DNA from: Camelus dromedarius
Taxonomy: Eukaryota
NCBI RefSeq assembly: GCF_036321535.1
Contig: NC_087436.1
Span: forward strand, 49,912,001-49,976,000
Length of the DNA stretch: 64,000 nt
Reading direction: 5' to 3'
The position numbers and the translations under genes were made by a program. The notes below the pieces were generated by a model. It had not been told where the DNA came from, ran no database searches, and was given only the letters and a program-made list of their open reading frames with translations. Below, in pieces: positions 22,000 to 34,056 of the stretch; the first letter of the stretch is position 1; each line of letters starts with the position of its first letter.

Positions 22000-23695
22000 A
22001 AGCTCTTAAGAAAATCCAGCAACTCCTACCTCCTAACAAACCTACATTCTACTCCTGAATGGTCACAAAATTCAGCTTTTTTAGGTGTTTCTTCTGATAT
22101 TTACCTCTGTAGTTTTAAATAATATGTGTTTCTGCTACTAGTTTTTATTGTGATGATTTAGCTCTCTTAAACACCCCCTCATGCATGCCCATAGTCCTCC
22201 CCGATCCACCATATTGTAGCCATATCATAATGTGTGTTTATACCAATGCTGAGTGTTCCCTCTTATGAGTATATCATTTACGTTCATAGCTAAGCCATAT
22301 ATTTTACCAAAGTTGCACATTTTTGCACAATCCTTTGGGTTTTGTACAATAAATATTGATCCTCTTTTTTGTTTGCGTAGGTTTTCTTGAAAACATCACT
22401 AATATATTCCCAAATTTTTTACCCATAAAAAAATCCCCTATCAATAATTTAAGTACTTTATTAATCTTTCTATTTTATTTTCTTATTCAGATACATCTCC
22501 CCTTAAGCCCTCTGCTCTTCTGCATAGACTGGTTGCTCTCTAGGCCTGCCGCTTGCTCTCTAAACCTGTCATCTTGAGAGCTCCCTTCCTTCGAGTCTAG
22601 GGCTTCTCTTCAGTGTTCTTCCCCTTCAAGCACTCTGATTTCTGTTTCTTCAGTAAGTTGTTCATTTTGTTGGACTCTCTTTTACGAGTTTCTTGAGAAA
22701 TTGCACAAGGATGGTAAGTCTGAGACCTTGCATGTCTGACAAACTTTCATCTGCTGTCAGACTTGACTGATAGCCGGTGGATTCTAGAGTGGAAATCATA
22801 TTCCTTTACAATTGTGGAGGGATTCTGTGGCAAAGACATACACTTGGTAGTACGGCAAAGGCGTACACTGCTTTGTTCTCTTCTGTGCCTTCTTTGCTAT
22901 TAGGTGGAGCCATGTGCCTGGGATTAAGTGACACACGCCCTTTCCAGCCCTGGCCCTTACAACCTCCTTGTGAGCGGCGACACTCCCTTTGGCATGGGTT
23001 GCAGCCAATGCCGGGGGGTCCAGTGGAGGACTCCAGTGAGTCCCTAGATGACAGCAGAGGCACTGGGTGAGAGGATCTAGGCTCCTCAGTCCTACCATAG
23101 GGCTGAGTCATGATAGAGCATTAAAATTCATTTTCTTGAGCCACTGGCATTTGAGAGTAGTTTGTTACAGAAATCAGCCTGTCTTAACTGACATATTCCA
23201 TTGTCTTCCAGCTCCAAGATTTGCTGGTAAGAGGTCTAATGCTATTCTGATGCCTAAGTTTTGTATATGACTTAATTAGTCTTCATTTTCTTTGTTACAT
23301 ATTTTTATGGGTCTTTTTTATTCCTTACTCTGGGCAAGCTATAAGCCACTCCAGTATGAAGGCTCATGCCATTCAGTTCTTATGCCTTTTCTTTAATTAT
23401 TTTCTCTCACATCTCTTTGATGGACTATTAATCAGATGTTAGACTTCCTAGAATGATTTCTCTTTGTGTGTTTGTTTATCTTTTCTTTCCAACTTTATCT
23501 CTCTTGGTTTTTTGTTCCATATCTTGGAAGATGTCCTCAAATTTAACTTCCACACTCTTGGCTGCACTTATGTTTTCAGTCATATTTTTAATTTTCCATA
23601 GACTCTTTATTTTGGTCTTTGAATTTTACATTTGAAATAATCTTCTGTTCTTATTTCATGGATTCAAGATCTTCTCTTATTTCTCAGGGTTTATT
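22000..23695 (-). mobile_element. Ancient HAL1/L1ME ORF1-like fragment, interrupted by MLT1
   Basis: 'ttgcatgtctgacaaac...gattctagagtggaaatcatattcc' continues after the LTR as 'ttccattgtcttccagct...gtctaatgctattctgat'. Confidence 0.6.
22826..23193 (+). mobile_element. MLT1I/J-type MaLR solo LTR
   Basis: TGTGGCA...AACTGACA ends; 'ttaggtggagccatgtg', 'ttccagccctggccc', 'gagccactgg..tttgagagtagtttgttacag'; 5-bp TSD gATTC/tATTC. Confidence 0.8.
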
Positions 23696-23699
23696 TTTC

Positions 23700-24040
23700 C
23701 AAAACCTGACTGTTTCACTTAGCATAAAAGCCAAATTGCTTAAATTTTTCTGGGACCCTTGTAATTTTTCTTACTGTCCGACCCCATGTTCCTTCTCTGA
23801 CCTCGTCTCCCACTGCATTTCCCTGAGCTCACTGCACTTTTTCCTATAGGTTCCTCTCTCGGCTTTACGTCTCTTCTCAGCACTTGTTCTTTTTTCACTT
23901 ATTTTCTTACTCATTTTCTTATTGTCCAAAGTAGGATACAAGCTCTATTAGGCTGGTATATTTTTTTGACTGCTAGTTCTCCAGTTCATAGAACTTCCTC
24001 AGACACTATTGGTGCTTATTAAAATATCTTTGAATGAATC
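23700..24040 (+). mobile_element. LINE-2 3' end
   Basis: 'cacttagcataaaagccaaa...ctctgacctcgtctcccact', ending 'ggtgcttattaaaatatctttgaatgaat'. Confidence 0.75.
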
Positions 24041-24848
24041 TTGTAATCACACGTTTCCAATGCACAGTAGGAAATCTACACATTCAAACACAAAAAGATG
24101 TTTTCCTGAAAAACCTGCAAATCGTAAGGAGAGCAATCAGTCTGTTTAGAACTGCTTCAATAGATATAACAAGAATTCTTATTAATGATAACATTTTTCT
24201 GGCTCCAAAGTTAATTTATTTTGTTTCCTACCTTCCAGTACCAACTTTCTGCATCCATCCTAAAGAACACAGTACCATCTGACTCAGCATAGCTTCCAGT
24301 CTTTGCCGTTTAGCTGGCCTACAATGAGATTAGCAAAAGACTGCTTTCTTTATCCTCTTATTTTTGATAACGTTTCCATCTCTTTCATCATTTAGCTTTT
24401 CCTTTTTCCTTTTTGTCTTACAGCTGTTTCTCAGTTATTTAATCTCCATTCAGTGCTCATTGTTTAATAAATTCTGAGTTAGAAATTGTGGGAGGAGGGA
24501 GTAGAGATACAGAAGCAGCCAAAAATGTAATGTTTATTTCCTATATTTCTTGACTTAACTAGATTTTTTAAAAACAATCAGCCTAACTTCTCTGTATGTC
24601 TCTAGAGTAATTCAGTTATACTGTTGCTTTATATATTTCGTTTGATTTCATTTGTCTGTTTTACTATAATTATATGCAATTGAATTAAATGTTTCCTTTT
24701 ACATATGTGTTGCAAAGTATACTATTCTGTATTATATAATACTATTCCATCATTCACCTGAGGTGTAAAGTAGGATAAAACTGGAATATGTACAAAGATC
24801 ATGTGGTACCAGGACAATGGCATGTTTGTGGAGTTGAGAGAAGACTGC

Positions 24849-25165
24849 TGTAGCGGAAGCTGTGGTATGCAACCCTGACCTCCCCTCAACACGATCTTGT
24901 TCAGTCCGTGGGGGAGTGCAGTCAGCAGACTGCCTGTAGCTGTCAGCCCCTTTAAGAACTGCCTCGTCTATGGGAAATCATCTTGACCAAGGCCAGACTT
25001 CTTCCTCTGATAGCCTGCATCCAATGACTGATGTGTGAGGTTAAAAGTCTGTTAGTTTTGGCCCTACTCAGGACAATTCTGAAGAGTCACTGAGCAGCAA
25101 AAGCATCCATTGAGCCTACGTGATATCTTCTCCGTCTGCCCAGTCCCACTTCCGACCCTTTCTTT
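24849..25165 (+). mobile_element. LTR16-family ERVL solo LTR fragment
   Basis: TGTAGCGGA start; 'gctgtcagcccctt', 'gcctgcatccaatgactga', 'ggacaattctgaag', 'tctgcccagtcc'. Confidence 0.7.
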
Positions 25166-25329
25166 CTATACTTATTGATACAGAAGTGCACAGAAGGTTT
25201 CAGAAATATTTAGATAAGAGATAGAACATAAACTGAGAAACTGGAGGCATGTAAGGAAGAGCTTCCATGAGGAAGAGCTGCTTTAACTAAGCTTAAATAT
25301 TTATGCTTTAGAATATCAGGCAGATTTCA

Positions 25330-25489
25330 GGGGAGGGTATACTCAGTGGTAGAGTGCGTGTTTAGCATGCACCATGTCCTGGGTTCAATCCCCAGAGCCT
25401 CCATTAGAAAAACAAATAAATAAAAATAAACCTAACTGCCTCCCCCTGAAAATAAAACATAAATAAAAAATAAAAATACTTATAAAAAG
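25330..25489 (+). mobile_element. Vic-1-like SINE, full length and diverged
   Basis: GGGGAGGGTATACTCAGTGGTAGAGTGCGTGTTTAGCATGCAC...GGTTCAATCCC; tail 'aaataaacctaactgcctccccc'; 19-bp TSD GAATATCAGGnnnATTTCA at 25311-25329 / 25490-25508. Confidence 0.92.
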
Positions 25490-25507
25490 GAATATCAGGT
25501 GTATTTC

Positions 25508-25888
25508 ATTAGTCAAGTGGGTTAGGCTGTGCTGTGGTAACAAATAAAGTGACTTAGTACAATAAAGGTGTTTCTTTCTCATGTTACATTGCAGTGTGGG
25601 TTGCTGGCTCCTCAGGATACCTCTTCCCTGAAGAATCCAGTTTCTTTCAATAATGTGGTTTCACTCATATTAGAATCGTTCTTTCCAGCTATGCAAAGGG
25701 GAAGAGCAAGGCAGGAAGATGGGACACTGGGTCTTCACCTACATCTGAAGGTTGTATACATCACTTTATCAAAGTTATTTGTCCTAAACTAGTCACATGA
25801 TCTAATCTTCATGCAAATGAGGAACTGAGAAATATCTAGAAGGAAGAGGAAATGGAATTGAGGAGTGACTAGCCATCCCCTGCAACAC
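25508..25888 (-). mobile_element. MLT1J/K-type MaLR LTR
   Basis: Antisense MLT1 3' end 'attagtcaagtgggttaggctgtgctgtggtaacaaat'; 'aactagtcacatga'. Confidence 0.7.
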
Positions 25889-25889
25889 A

Positions 25890-26215
25890 GATGTAAGAGT
25901 GGGAAGTATTTCTGAGGGGAAGAAGAGCATGCACAAACACGCAGAGCTCAGAGAGCATGTGGGACATACAAGCATGAGACGAGGTAAGGAGGGGCAGGGG
26001 ACGCGGTTGAAGAGGTCATCTAGGATCAGGTCACAAAGGATGGTATACTGAGGGCTTTTGACCTTAAGCTAGGCACAAGATTTGCCATTAAATATTTTAA
26101 ACAAGAGTGGTGTGATCAGAAATTTTGTTGGTAAGGTTGCTCCATGCCTTGTTGAGGACAGAATGGGACAAAACAACAGGACAGGGCAGCAAACTGGAGG
26201 CAGGAAAATTAATAA
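25890..26215 (-). mobile_element. LINE-2 fragment (also about 25200-25310)
   Basis: 'agagcatgcacaaacacgcagag', 'gccattaaatattttaaacaagagtggtgtgatcaga', 'actggaggcaggaaa'. Confidence 0.65.
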
Positions 26216-26404
26216 CGGTATGTAATATGCTTTCTAGCATATACTTTGTTTCCTGATATTAAATATGTAACTGGTTAATTGTTTCTTAACAGGCACATTA
26301 AGTGATCCTATGATTTGAACTATACACAAAAGAGATGATGCAGGACTTCTTTATCCTGTCAATTCATGTTTCTCCCATTGGACTAATTTGTTTCATACTG
26401 AACT

Positions 26405-26880
26405 CTACCAGTCTGGTTTAAGTTCAGCTTCATAAAACAGAATCTCAAGTAATGGTTGCTTAAATAAGATAGCTGTATATTTCTCCTGCACGTGAAATAA
26501 TTCTGTAGATTATAGAGCACTGTCATGATGGTTCTATGGGCATCGGGACCTGGGATTCCTTCCAGCTCATGGCTTTGCCATCCTGGTCCAAGATGGCTGT
26601 TGAAGCTTTAGCCATCACATCTATGTTTCAAGCAATAGAAAACAAAACAAAGGCTGAAAGGGAATATGTTTCTTCCATCCTTGCCAGAAGACAACTTGGA
26701 AGTTCCACATCACATATCCACTTACACCTTAGTGATCAGATTTACATGATCAGACCTAGCTGTAAGGAAAGTTGGTCCTTACTCGTATGGCAACACACTT
26801 AGCTAAAATCAAAATTATTTTAATTTGTTAGAGAATTGGAAAAAGTATTTGATAGGTATTCAAAAGCCTCTGTCTGCCAC
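26405..26880 (-). mobile_element. MLT1J/L-type MaLR LTR
   Basis: 'ggttgcttaaataagatag', 'gggacctgggattccttccagctc', 'ggtccaagatggctg', 'ctagctgtaaggaaag'. Confidence 0.7.
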
Positions 26881-27559
26881 TAGCTTTTCACGTCACTGCC
26901 ATTGCCCCTTGAAGTTCATGTCACTCTCTATCCACTATCCAAGTGTCCCTTTATAAAGATTCATATCTCACTTATTGTTTTACCAGGAAACACTAATTTT
27001 AGTGTCGACTGGTGTTTCCATATGGAGCGCCCTCTCCACATGGCCTCTCTTCACACAATCCCCACTCTTTGAGGAAGGAATGAGTTGCTAATTGGTGGTT
27101 GGCAAAAGTCTGAAATTCATTGTCCAAGTTTCTTTTTTGGACAAAGCTAGTCTAAAAAGAACATGAACACTGGAGATCAGCGTTCTTTTCTCCCCTTTGC
27201 CTGAGACCATGTGAGGCAAGGACCTTGTGTGAGTCCATTCTTTAGAGCCTCCAGTGGACCACTCCATGGTCTGAACTGGGAGATGGGGTTAATGGCGGTG
27301 GAACATTTGGAAACACATTTGGGCACACATCGAAAGTGCCACCCTTTTAATTAGTTTTTATTAAAACTAAAGCTGATATTTTGATCTTTTGCTTTTGAAT
27401 TTTTTCCTCTTTCTCAGTGGGTTATCAGTTCAGGAGGGGAATTAAAACATGGTTTATTAGCACTTGAATTCTCCGTTATCCTGGGGATTCTAGAGATGAC
27501 AAAATCATGTTTTCTAGGTAAAAATACAATGAATGATGCTGTTTCATGAAAAAAAGACA

Positions 27560-27800
27560 GACACACTAGAGAGTTTTGCTTATGTAAAGAGGAAAGCAGT
27601 TTCTCAGCTCTAATAATGAGTACCAGACAGGAATTCAGACTCAGAGTTGTGAGATTTTCAGTTTTTGAGGAGAAACTAGAAGTGTAGATTTTCATATTAA
27701 ATGATCTGTTTTCAAAATATTGGCTAAATTTAACATACAAAGAAACTCTAGTGAACCAAACAAAACCTGTCTGCAGATCCTTTAGCTGCTAGTTTATTCT
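27560..27800 (-). mobile_element. MER102-like hAT-Charlie MITE
   Basis: 'gattttcagtttttgaggagaaactagaagtgtagattttcat...ccaaacaaaacctgtctgcag' matches antisense MER102 as I recall it. Confidence 0.6.
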
Positions 27801-29569
27801 AAAACCTTATCATTATCTAAAAATTCCAGTGTATTTATCCCAGAAAGGCAGGTTATTATTCCCCTAGGTTAAAGGGTGTCCAGTCCACATAATTGTGACT
27901 GGTCACCTTAGCTGAGAATAAAATAGGACTTTAGGGAGAAAATCCTCTAGCAACATGAAAATATTCATGGCTTAAAGTAAGGAGGCTACTCAGCACAGTC
28001 TCTATTTAATGACAACCAGTAGCTGGAAAAATGATTTGCCTTTGAAGATCTTTTGCTTGTTTGGAAATAGTGACTGAATTTTCATAAAATTAAAATGGAG
28101 AAAATGTTAATTGTTACCAACACAGTTAAAAGCTTGCTTATCATGGATATTCAGGTAGTAGAGAAGAGATAATTAGAATTTTCTTACAGATAAAGCAACC
28201 AGATTGTTTTAGAGGCATAGTAGGACTTTAAAAATAGAAACTAGCTAAGGGATTGTCATAGGGAGCATTGCTAAGACTCTGCAGTGCACTGACAACTCAC
28301 AGGAGCAAGGGAGTTTTTGACTTTCACTCTCTCTGTTATTTCTTCTCTCTAATGGAGTGAGTATATTTCCCAAGAGTCGTTGCGTATTTTTAAAATTTCA
28401 CCACACATTCATGCATCAATGTCTTTTTTTTTTTCAACGGCATGACACAGGGATAAGTTTATTTTTTCAAATAATGGAGGTCAGGGATAAGCCATAAGAG
28501 GTTGCAGCCTTGCTCTGGGAGGAACGCTCACGTTTTATTACAGGTGATTTCAGTTAACAAAGTACCAAATCCAAGATTTTATAAAGATCTCTAATATCAA
28601 CTTTACACTCTTGCTCTCTTTTTATCTTTTTTACTTTATACTCTACAATGTATGCCCACTCCTGAAATGTAGAAGTTTTAAAAAAAATATGTGAGACTAA
28701 ATCTATGGAGTAAATGATTTGATAGAATTTTAATAATTTTAATTGAATTATGTAGAAAACTAATATTCTAGAACCAAACTTTTATCATTATTATTAAATT
28801 AAGTCCATAATACCATTGCTGATCCATTTTTAAAAAATTCTTTAAACTGATCCAATGTGACCTAATGGTGAAAACACTATCAGCAGACATGTAACATCTC
28901 CTTTTGTTCCTATTTCACTAATGAGCTTTTAACTTTCAATTATTCTTATTCCTAAATCTTATTAATGCATAGGAACAATTAAGTGTCTTATTATCTTTAA
29001 GATCATTCTGCTGTTTTGTTGTATGTGTGTCACTTTAACGACTCAAGAACAGTAATACACGCAGTAACTGAAAAGCTTGTTCATGTTGAATAAAAAAGTA
29101 AAGGACTGTCTGTTCTTTTCTTGGGTGGGACATCTTAGGCTCACCTCCACCCCCCCAACCCCAGCCCAAGATATGGCGTGATGAGGAAATTCAGGCACCT
29201 TATGCTGTCGTACTAGGCAGTAAGATCAAATTTCAATGTAAGACGAACTTCTCAATGTAGCTTTTGGGGTTTGTTGGACATTTTTTAAGGAAGTTAGTCA
29301 ATCAGATACCTGGTCAGTCCTTGTTCCCAGCAGATAGGACGGCCACATTCACAGCTCCCAAGAGATCTATGGCAGATGACCTATTAAATTTATCTGCCAC
29401 TATGTCAGGAAAAATCTTCAGGTTCAACTTCTTGCTACCCTGCAGAACTTGCTTGCTACCTGAGCCAGTAAGATAATTCGCTGGACCTCTTTCACAACTT
29501 CTCCTTCAGTCTGGGATGCTGTCTTCTGGGATGTGTCTTGGCACCATATGTCCCTCTCTTCTCATACTT

Positions 29570-29980
29570 GCTATATGTGCAAAGATCTATTTCCAGAATC
29601 AGTATTTGCTTCCATTGTATTATTTGTCTATTTGTATATTAATAACATGCTGTCTTGATTACTATCCTATATAATAATATAGTATAATAAAGTCTTCTGA
29701 ATTTTTTTCAAGGTTGCCCTTGATATTCTAGGTCCTTTGCATTTCCGTATATATTTTAGAACTAGCTGCTGCACAGAAAAACCCACTGAAGATTTCAACT
29801 GGTATTGCATTCAATCTATATATCAATTTAGGGAGAGTTGATATCTTAAAAATATTGAGTCTTGAATGCACAACATGATACATCTCTCTCTTTATTTAGG
29901 TGTTGCTTAATTTCTTTCAGATCTTTGAACCTATTGTCACAATTTTTCCTATTTGATATTCTGATACTGTTGTACACAGT
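29570..29980 (-). mobile_element. Old L1 ORF2 fragment
   Basis: 'attctaggtcctttgcatttccgtatatattttaga', 'attgcattcaatctatatatcaatttagggagagttgatatctt..aatattgagtctt'. Confidence 0.85.
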
Positions 29981-30014
29981 GTGTCTCTGTCTGTCTATTT
30001 CTCTCTGTGTCTCT

Positions 30015-30361
30015 TTTTCTCAGAGTCCTTGTTCTCAAAGAACTAAGCTCTCTATAGATGGAAAAGCCCACGTGGCAAGGATTTGTTGTCTCAAGCCAAC
30101 AGTCACTGAGGACTTGAAACCTGACAATATTTATATGAGTGAGCTTAGAAGAAGTAAATCCTTTTTTAGTCAAGAATCAAGATGACTACAACACTAACCA
30201 ACACTTTCCTGGAAGCTTTGTGAATGACCCACAATCAGAGGCACCCAGCCAAACCACATCACATCGTATGGTCCATTGGAACTGTGAGGTAGCAAGTAGC
30301 TGTTGTTTTAATCCACTAAATTTTGGAGTAACTTGTTACACAGCCATAGATATCTAATACA
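30015..30361 (+). mobile_element. MLT1F-type MaLR LTR, 3' part
   Basis: 'gcccacgtggcaagga', 'gagtgagcttagaag'; ends 'gttttaatccactaaattttggagtaacttgttacacagccatagatatctaataca'. Confidence 0.85.
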
Positions 30362-30379
30362 GTGGTTTATATTTACATG

Positions 30380-30820
30380 AATATCACTATAACTTATATT
30401 GTCTGCATAACATATCAAAATAAATGTATTACTTTTTCACTATTTTAATAATGTTACATCAGTGGCTACAAATAATCATTTGAACTGAACCAATCAATTC
30501 ATACCAACTAGACGAGTGATCTGTTTATGTGTAATACTAGAATCATCTGGTTATATGTGATACTAAAAATGACACAAGCATCCAACATACTGTAATATAG
30601 CAGTGATATCTTACATGATTCAAGGTTCAAAGTGAAATGTAGTCCAACCAAAAGAGTAATATTATATTTAATGGGAAAACATTTTACACTGCTTCTACTT
30701 TAAATTTAAATTTAAATTAATTTAAATGAATAATTCCATTGATCAGTCTCATGTTCCACATTTCTAATGGTTCATCATCATATGTGGCTAGTGACAGACT
30801 AATGTGCCAAACAGGGCAGG
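30380..30820. mobile_element. Charlie1/MER3-MER33-like hAT fragment
   Basis: End region 'ccacatttctaatggttcatcatcatatgtggctagtgac' resembles the MER3/MER33 terminus. Confidence 0.45.
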
Positions 30821-31619
30821 CTTGGGGTGTGTTCTGCTAGATTAAAGTATCACACTGCTAGATGATTAGGTATGTTGATATGATTTTTTTAAACCACAGA
30901 GAAAAGTAAAGACCAATTTAGAGATTAAATTCTCCTTTTTCCTGTTTCATATTATTTTGCATTAACTCAGCCAGCTATTCCTCTTGTATATGTTTGCGTA
31001 ATAATAAACTACAACCTCTGTCACATAGAGTCAAGAAGAATTTCAAATTCTTCTCAACTGCAAAAAAGACAAACTGGTCAAGCCTAAGGAGGCACAAAGA
31101 CAATGAAGGACAGATGCAATTTTCAAGAATTTTCCTGTTTGGAAGGAACATAGGCAGATCTTATAGGGCTCGCAGAGGCTAATATTCCATGGCAAAAAGA
31201 CAATTTGTCTTCTTTCTCGTGTTCTGTTCTGCCCTTTCTGAGCAAGGATTTCTTACACAGGTTATGTGTCTCTCTTGTTCAGGTCAGACTTTGTAGTGCA
31301 TGTGGCATTAATTTAATAGTAAGAGAACATGCTGGAATTCTCTGATGCTATTCACCTCTAGAAAAAAGGCAATGCATCACAGTTTAGTGCTTTTATGGCA
31401 CTGTCTTATTTGGTCAGATAACCATTATTTAAAGAATATGTTGATGCTTTGTATGTGAAGGCTGTCAAAGTATCTACTTGGGTCATATCTGCATAGGCTA
31501 TATGAAGTTAAAAGCTGCACAATTATTTAAAATTTTTAGGACATAGCAGAATTTTTCCTTACTTTAGCTATAAAGATTTTTATTAAAATTGCATTAACAT
31601 TTCTGTTTTTACTTTCTAA

Positions 31620-32099
31620 CTTTTTATTTTATTTTATTTTTTTATTGAAGTATAGTCAGTTTACAATGTTGTATCAATTTCTGGTGTACAGCATCATATT
31701 TCAGTCATACATATACATACATATATTCCTTTTCGTATTCTTTTTCATTATAGGTTACTATAAGATATTGATAATTCCCTGTGCTATATAGTAGAAGCTT
31801 GTTTATCTATTTTACATATAGTAGTTAGTATCTGCAAATCTCAAACTCCCAATTTATCCCTTCCCACCTCCTTCTCCTCTGGTAACCATAAGCTTGTTTT
31901 CTGTGTCTATGAGTCTGTTTCTGTTTTGGAAATAAGTTCATTAGTGTCTTTTTTTTCCTTAGATTTCACATATGAGTGATATCATATAGTATTTTTCTTT
32001 CTCTTTCTGACTTACCTCACTTAGAATGGCAATCTCCAGGTTCATTCATGTCACAGCAAATGGCATTATTTTATTCTTTTCATGGCTAAGTAGTATTCC

Positions 32100-32133
<34 letters not shown>

Positions 32134-32482
32134 TGTGTGTGTGTGTGTCTGTGTGTACAATTTCTTTATCCAGCCATCTATTGATGGATATTAGGTTGTT
32201 TCCATGTCTTGGCTATTGTAAATAGTGCTGCTATGAACTTTGGGGTGCATGTATCTTTTCAAATTAAAGTTCTCTCTGGATATATGCCCAAGAGTGGAAT
32301 TATTGGATCACAGGGTGAGTCTATTTTTAGTTTTTGAAGGAGTCTCCCTACTGTTTTCCATAGTGGCTGCATCAAACTATAGTCTCACCACCAGTGCAGG
32401 AAGGTTCCTTTTTCTCCACACCCTGTCCAGCATTTATCATTTGTGGATTTTTTAATGATGGCCATTCTGATTGGTGTGAGGT
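31620..32482 (-). mobile_element. Lineage-young L1 3' end (ORF2 C-terminus and 3' UTR), 5'-truncated
   Basis: Poly-T then 'ttattgaagtatagtcagtttacaatgttg'; antisense ORF2 C-terminus (…[22 protein letters not shown]…). Confidence 0.92.
32102..32156 (+). repeat. (TG)n microsatellite inside L1
   Basis: Visible directly; two TC interruptions. Confidence 0.95.
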
Positions 32483-33390
32483 TTTGTACATCAACATTAC
32501 ATCTTTAATTGCAGGTACACTAATACAAGTAAAATTCTCTTTGTGTAGAAAGAAATCATTAGAAGATTGAATACACAATAGGACACGGAAGTGCTAAAGT
32601 GTGAATTTATTTAACTGAACTGGCTCATTAAACTCCCTACTGTGGTTCAATGTTTAGGAATTCAAGACTTAACTGTAATCATGGTCCAGTTTAAAAAATA
32701 ACCTCTTTTAAATTCTTTCAGACAATGAACAGTTTCCCCTCTTCCAGCCCTTTTTCTTCATTGCTCCCCACCTGTCATATAAGCCTACAAGCCTGAGATG
32801 AGAGCAGGCTCCACGGAGGATTTGAGGGTGCCTCTGCCCTCCTTCTTTCTGCCATAGCCTCAGTTATGTCCTTCCTGGCCTCCACTACACACAGCCAGCC
32901 TCCTCCTAGCAGGAGGGAGCTTGGTGGAATTCGCTGTTCATGTCCTCAGTCCCTCAGCGTCTCCATCTGCAGGGAAAAAACACCCTGTGGTTTCCTTGTC
33001 TTGAAATCACACCCCATCCTGTGTCTCCACAGCACTCTTGGGGCTTTCAAATCCTTCCTAAGATCTTTTTAAAAATTCTAGACCTTGCCTAATGCCATCT
33101 GATTTTTATGAGATAGTCTCAAGCTGGTATGTGTAAAGTATGTTTCAGACATTTCTTTATCTAATATATTATGCTAATATTTTTATTCTACTCTGTCCAC
33201 TCAGTTTTGGCAAATGACCATCTATAAGGCATTTCTTCCCAGGATTCCAAACCAAAAGAGTATCACAAGCCCCCTCTGCTTTTGTTTTTTCCCATCAGCT
33301 TATTTGAGATTTCTTTCATCTCACGCTTCCCCGGACCTTAGGTTTACAAGGTGGAAGCACTCGATCCTTCCTCAGAGACATCAGCAGGGT

Positions 33391-34056
33391 TGTAACACTA
33401 GTCTTGTCTCCTGCATAGTTATCCAGCGACTCCCTTCTAACCTGTAAAGTGCTTTGTCCTTCCTAGATTTCAGACTGTTTTCTAGAAATGACCTCTTTGT
33501 TTTATGCTGTCTATATCTTCTATCTGGCGAAGTAAGTGTCATTGATCTCATGAGCAGAGAGGCCCAGGAGAAGTGGGCAGTCGGGATGTTGGAAACAAAA
33601 GGAAAAAAGCCCACACAAAACGCAATCTTTGTACTCGATCTCCAAGAGCTGCTTGCTTGGAAGTGGAAAGCCCCCATAGAGAGTGGATGGTCTTTGCAAG
33701 AATGCAAAGATTTACAAAGCTGGGGGGTGGAGGATACAACAGGTAGACCTGGAGACTCACAGATTTGGATTGGGGGTCCAGAGGTCATCAGCGTGACCTG
33801 AGTGAGTGCAATATGGGACCTTATCTGAAGCTTCTGGGAGGGCAGACCATGACTTTTCTGTGAAGAGATAAGAGAACTTTCATTACATCAGCCAAGAGAG
33901 AAGCTGAGGTTAATCAGGACAAGAAAAAAATGTCTGAGACTAGTTTATATGTCCCTTGCCCCATGCCACAAGAATACATAAGCCATCCAAGAAGTCAGCC
34001 TGGATGATTAGGACAGGAGGTGTGGAATAAATGCTGATTATGAATTAATAGTTACA
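33391..34056 (+). mobile_element. Probable ancient Gypsy-type (MamGypLTR-like) solo LTR
   Basis: Inverted termini TGTAAC...GTTACA, 666 bp; AATAAA at 34026-34031; purine-rich interior. Confidence 0.45.

Noticed and set aside
33381..33801. Overlapping 135-aa and 115-aa ORFs
   Set aside because: No recognisable protein similarity or exon structure; they lie in an LTR-like element whose higher GC content reduces stop frequency.
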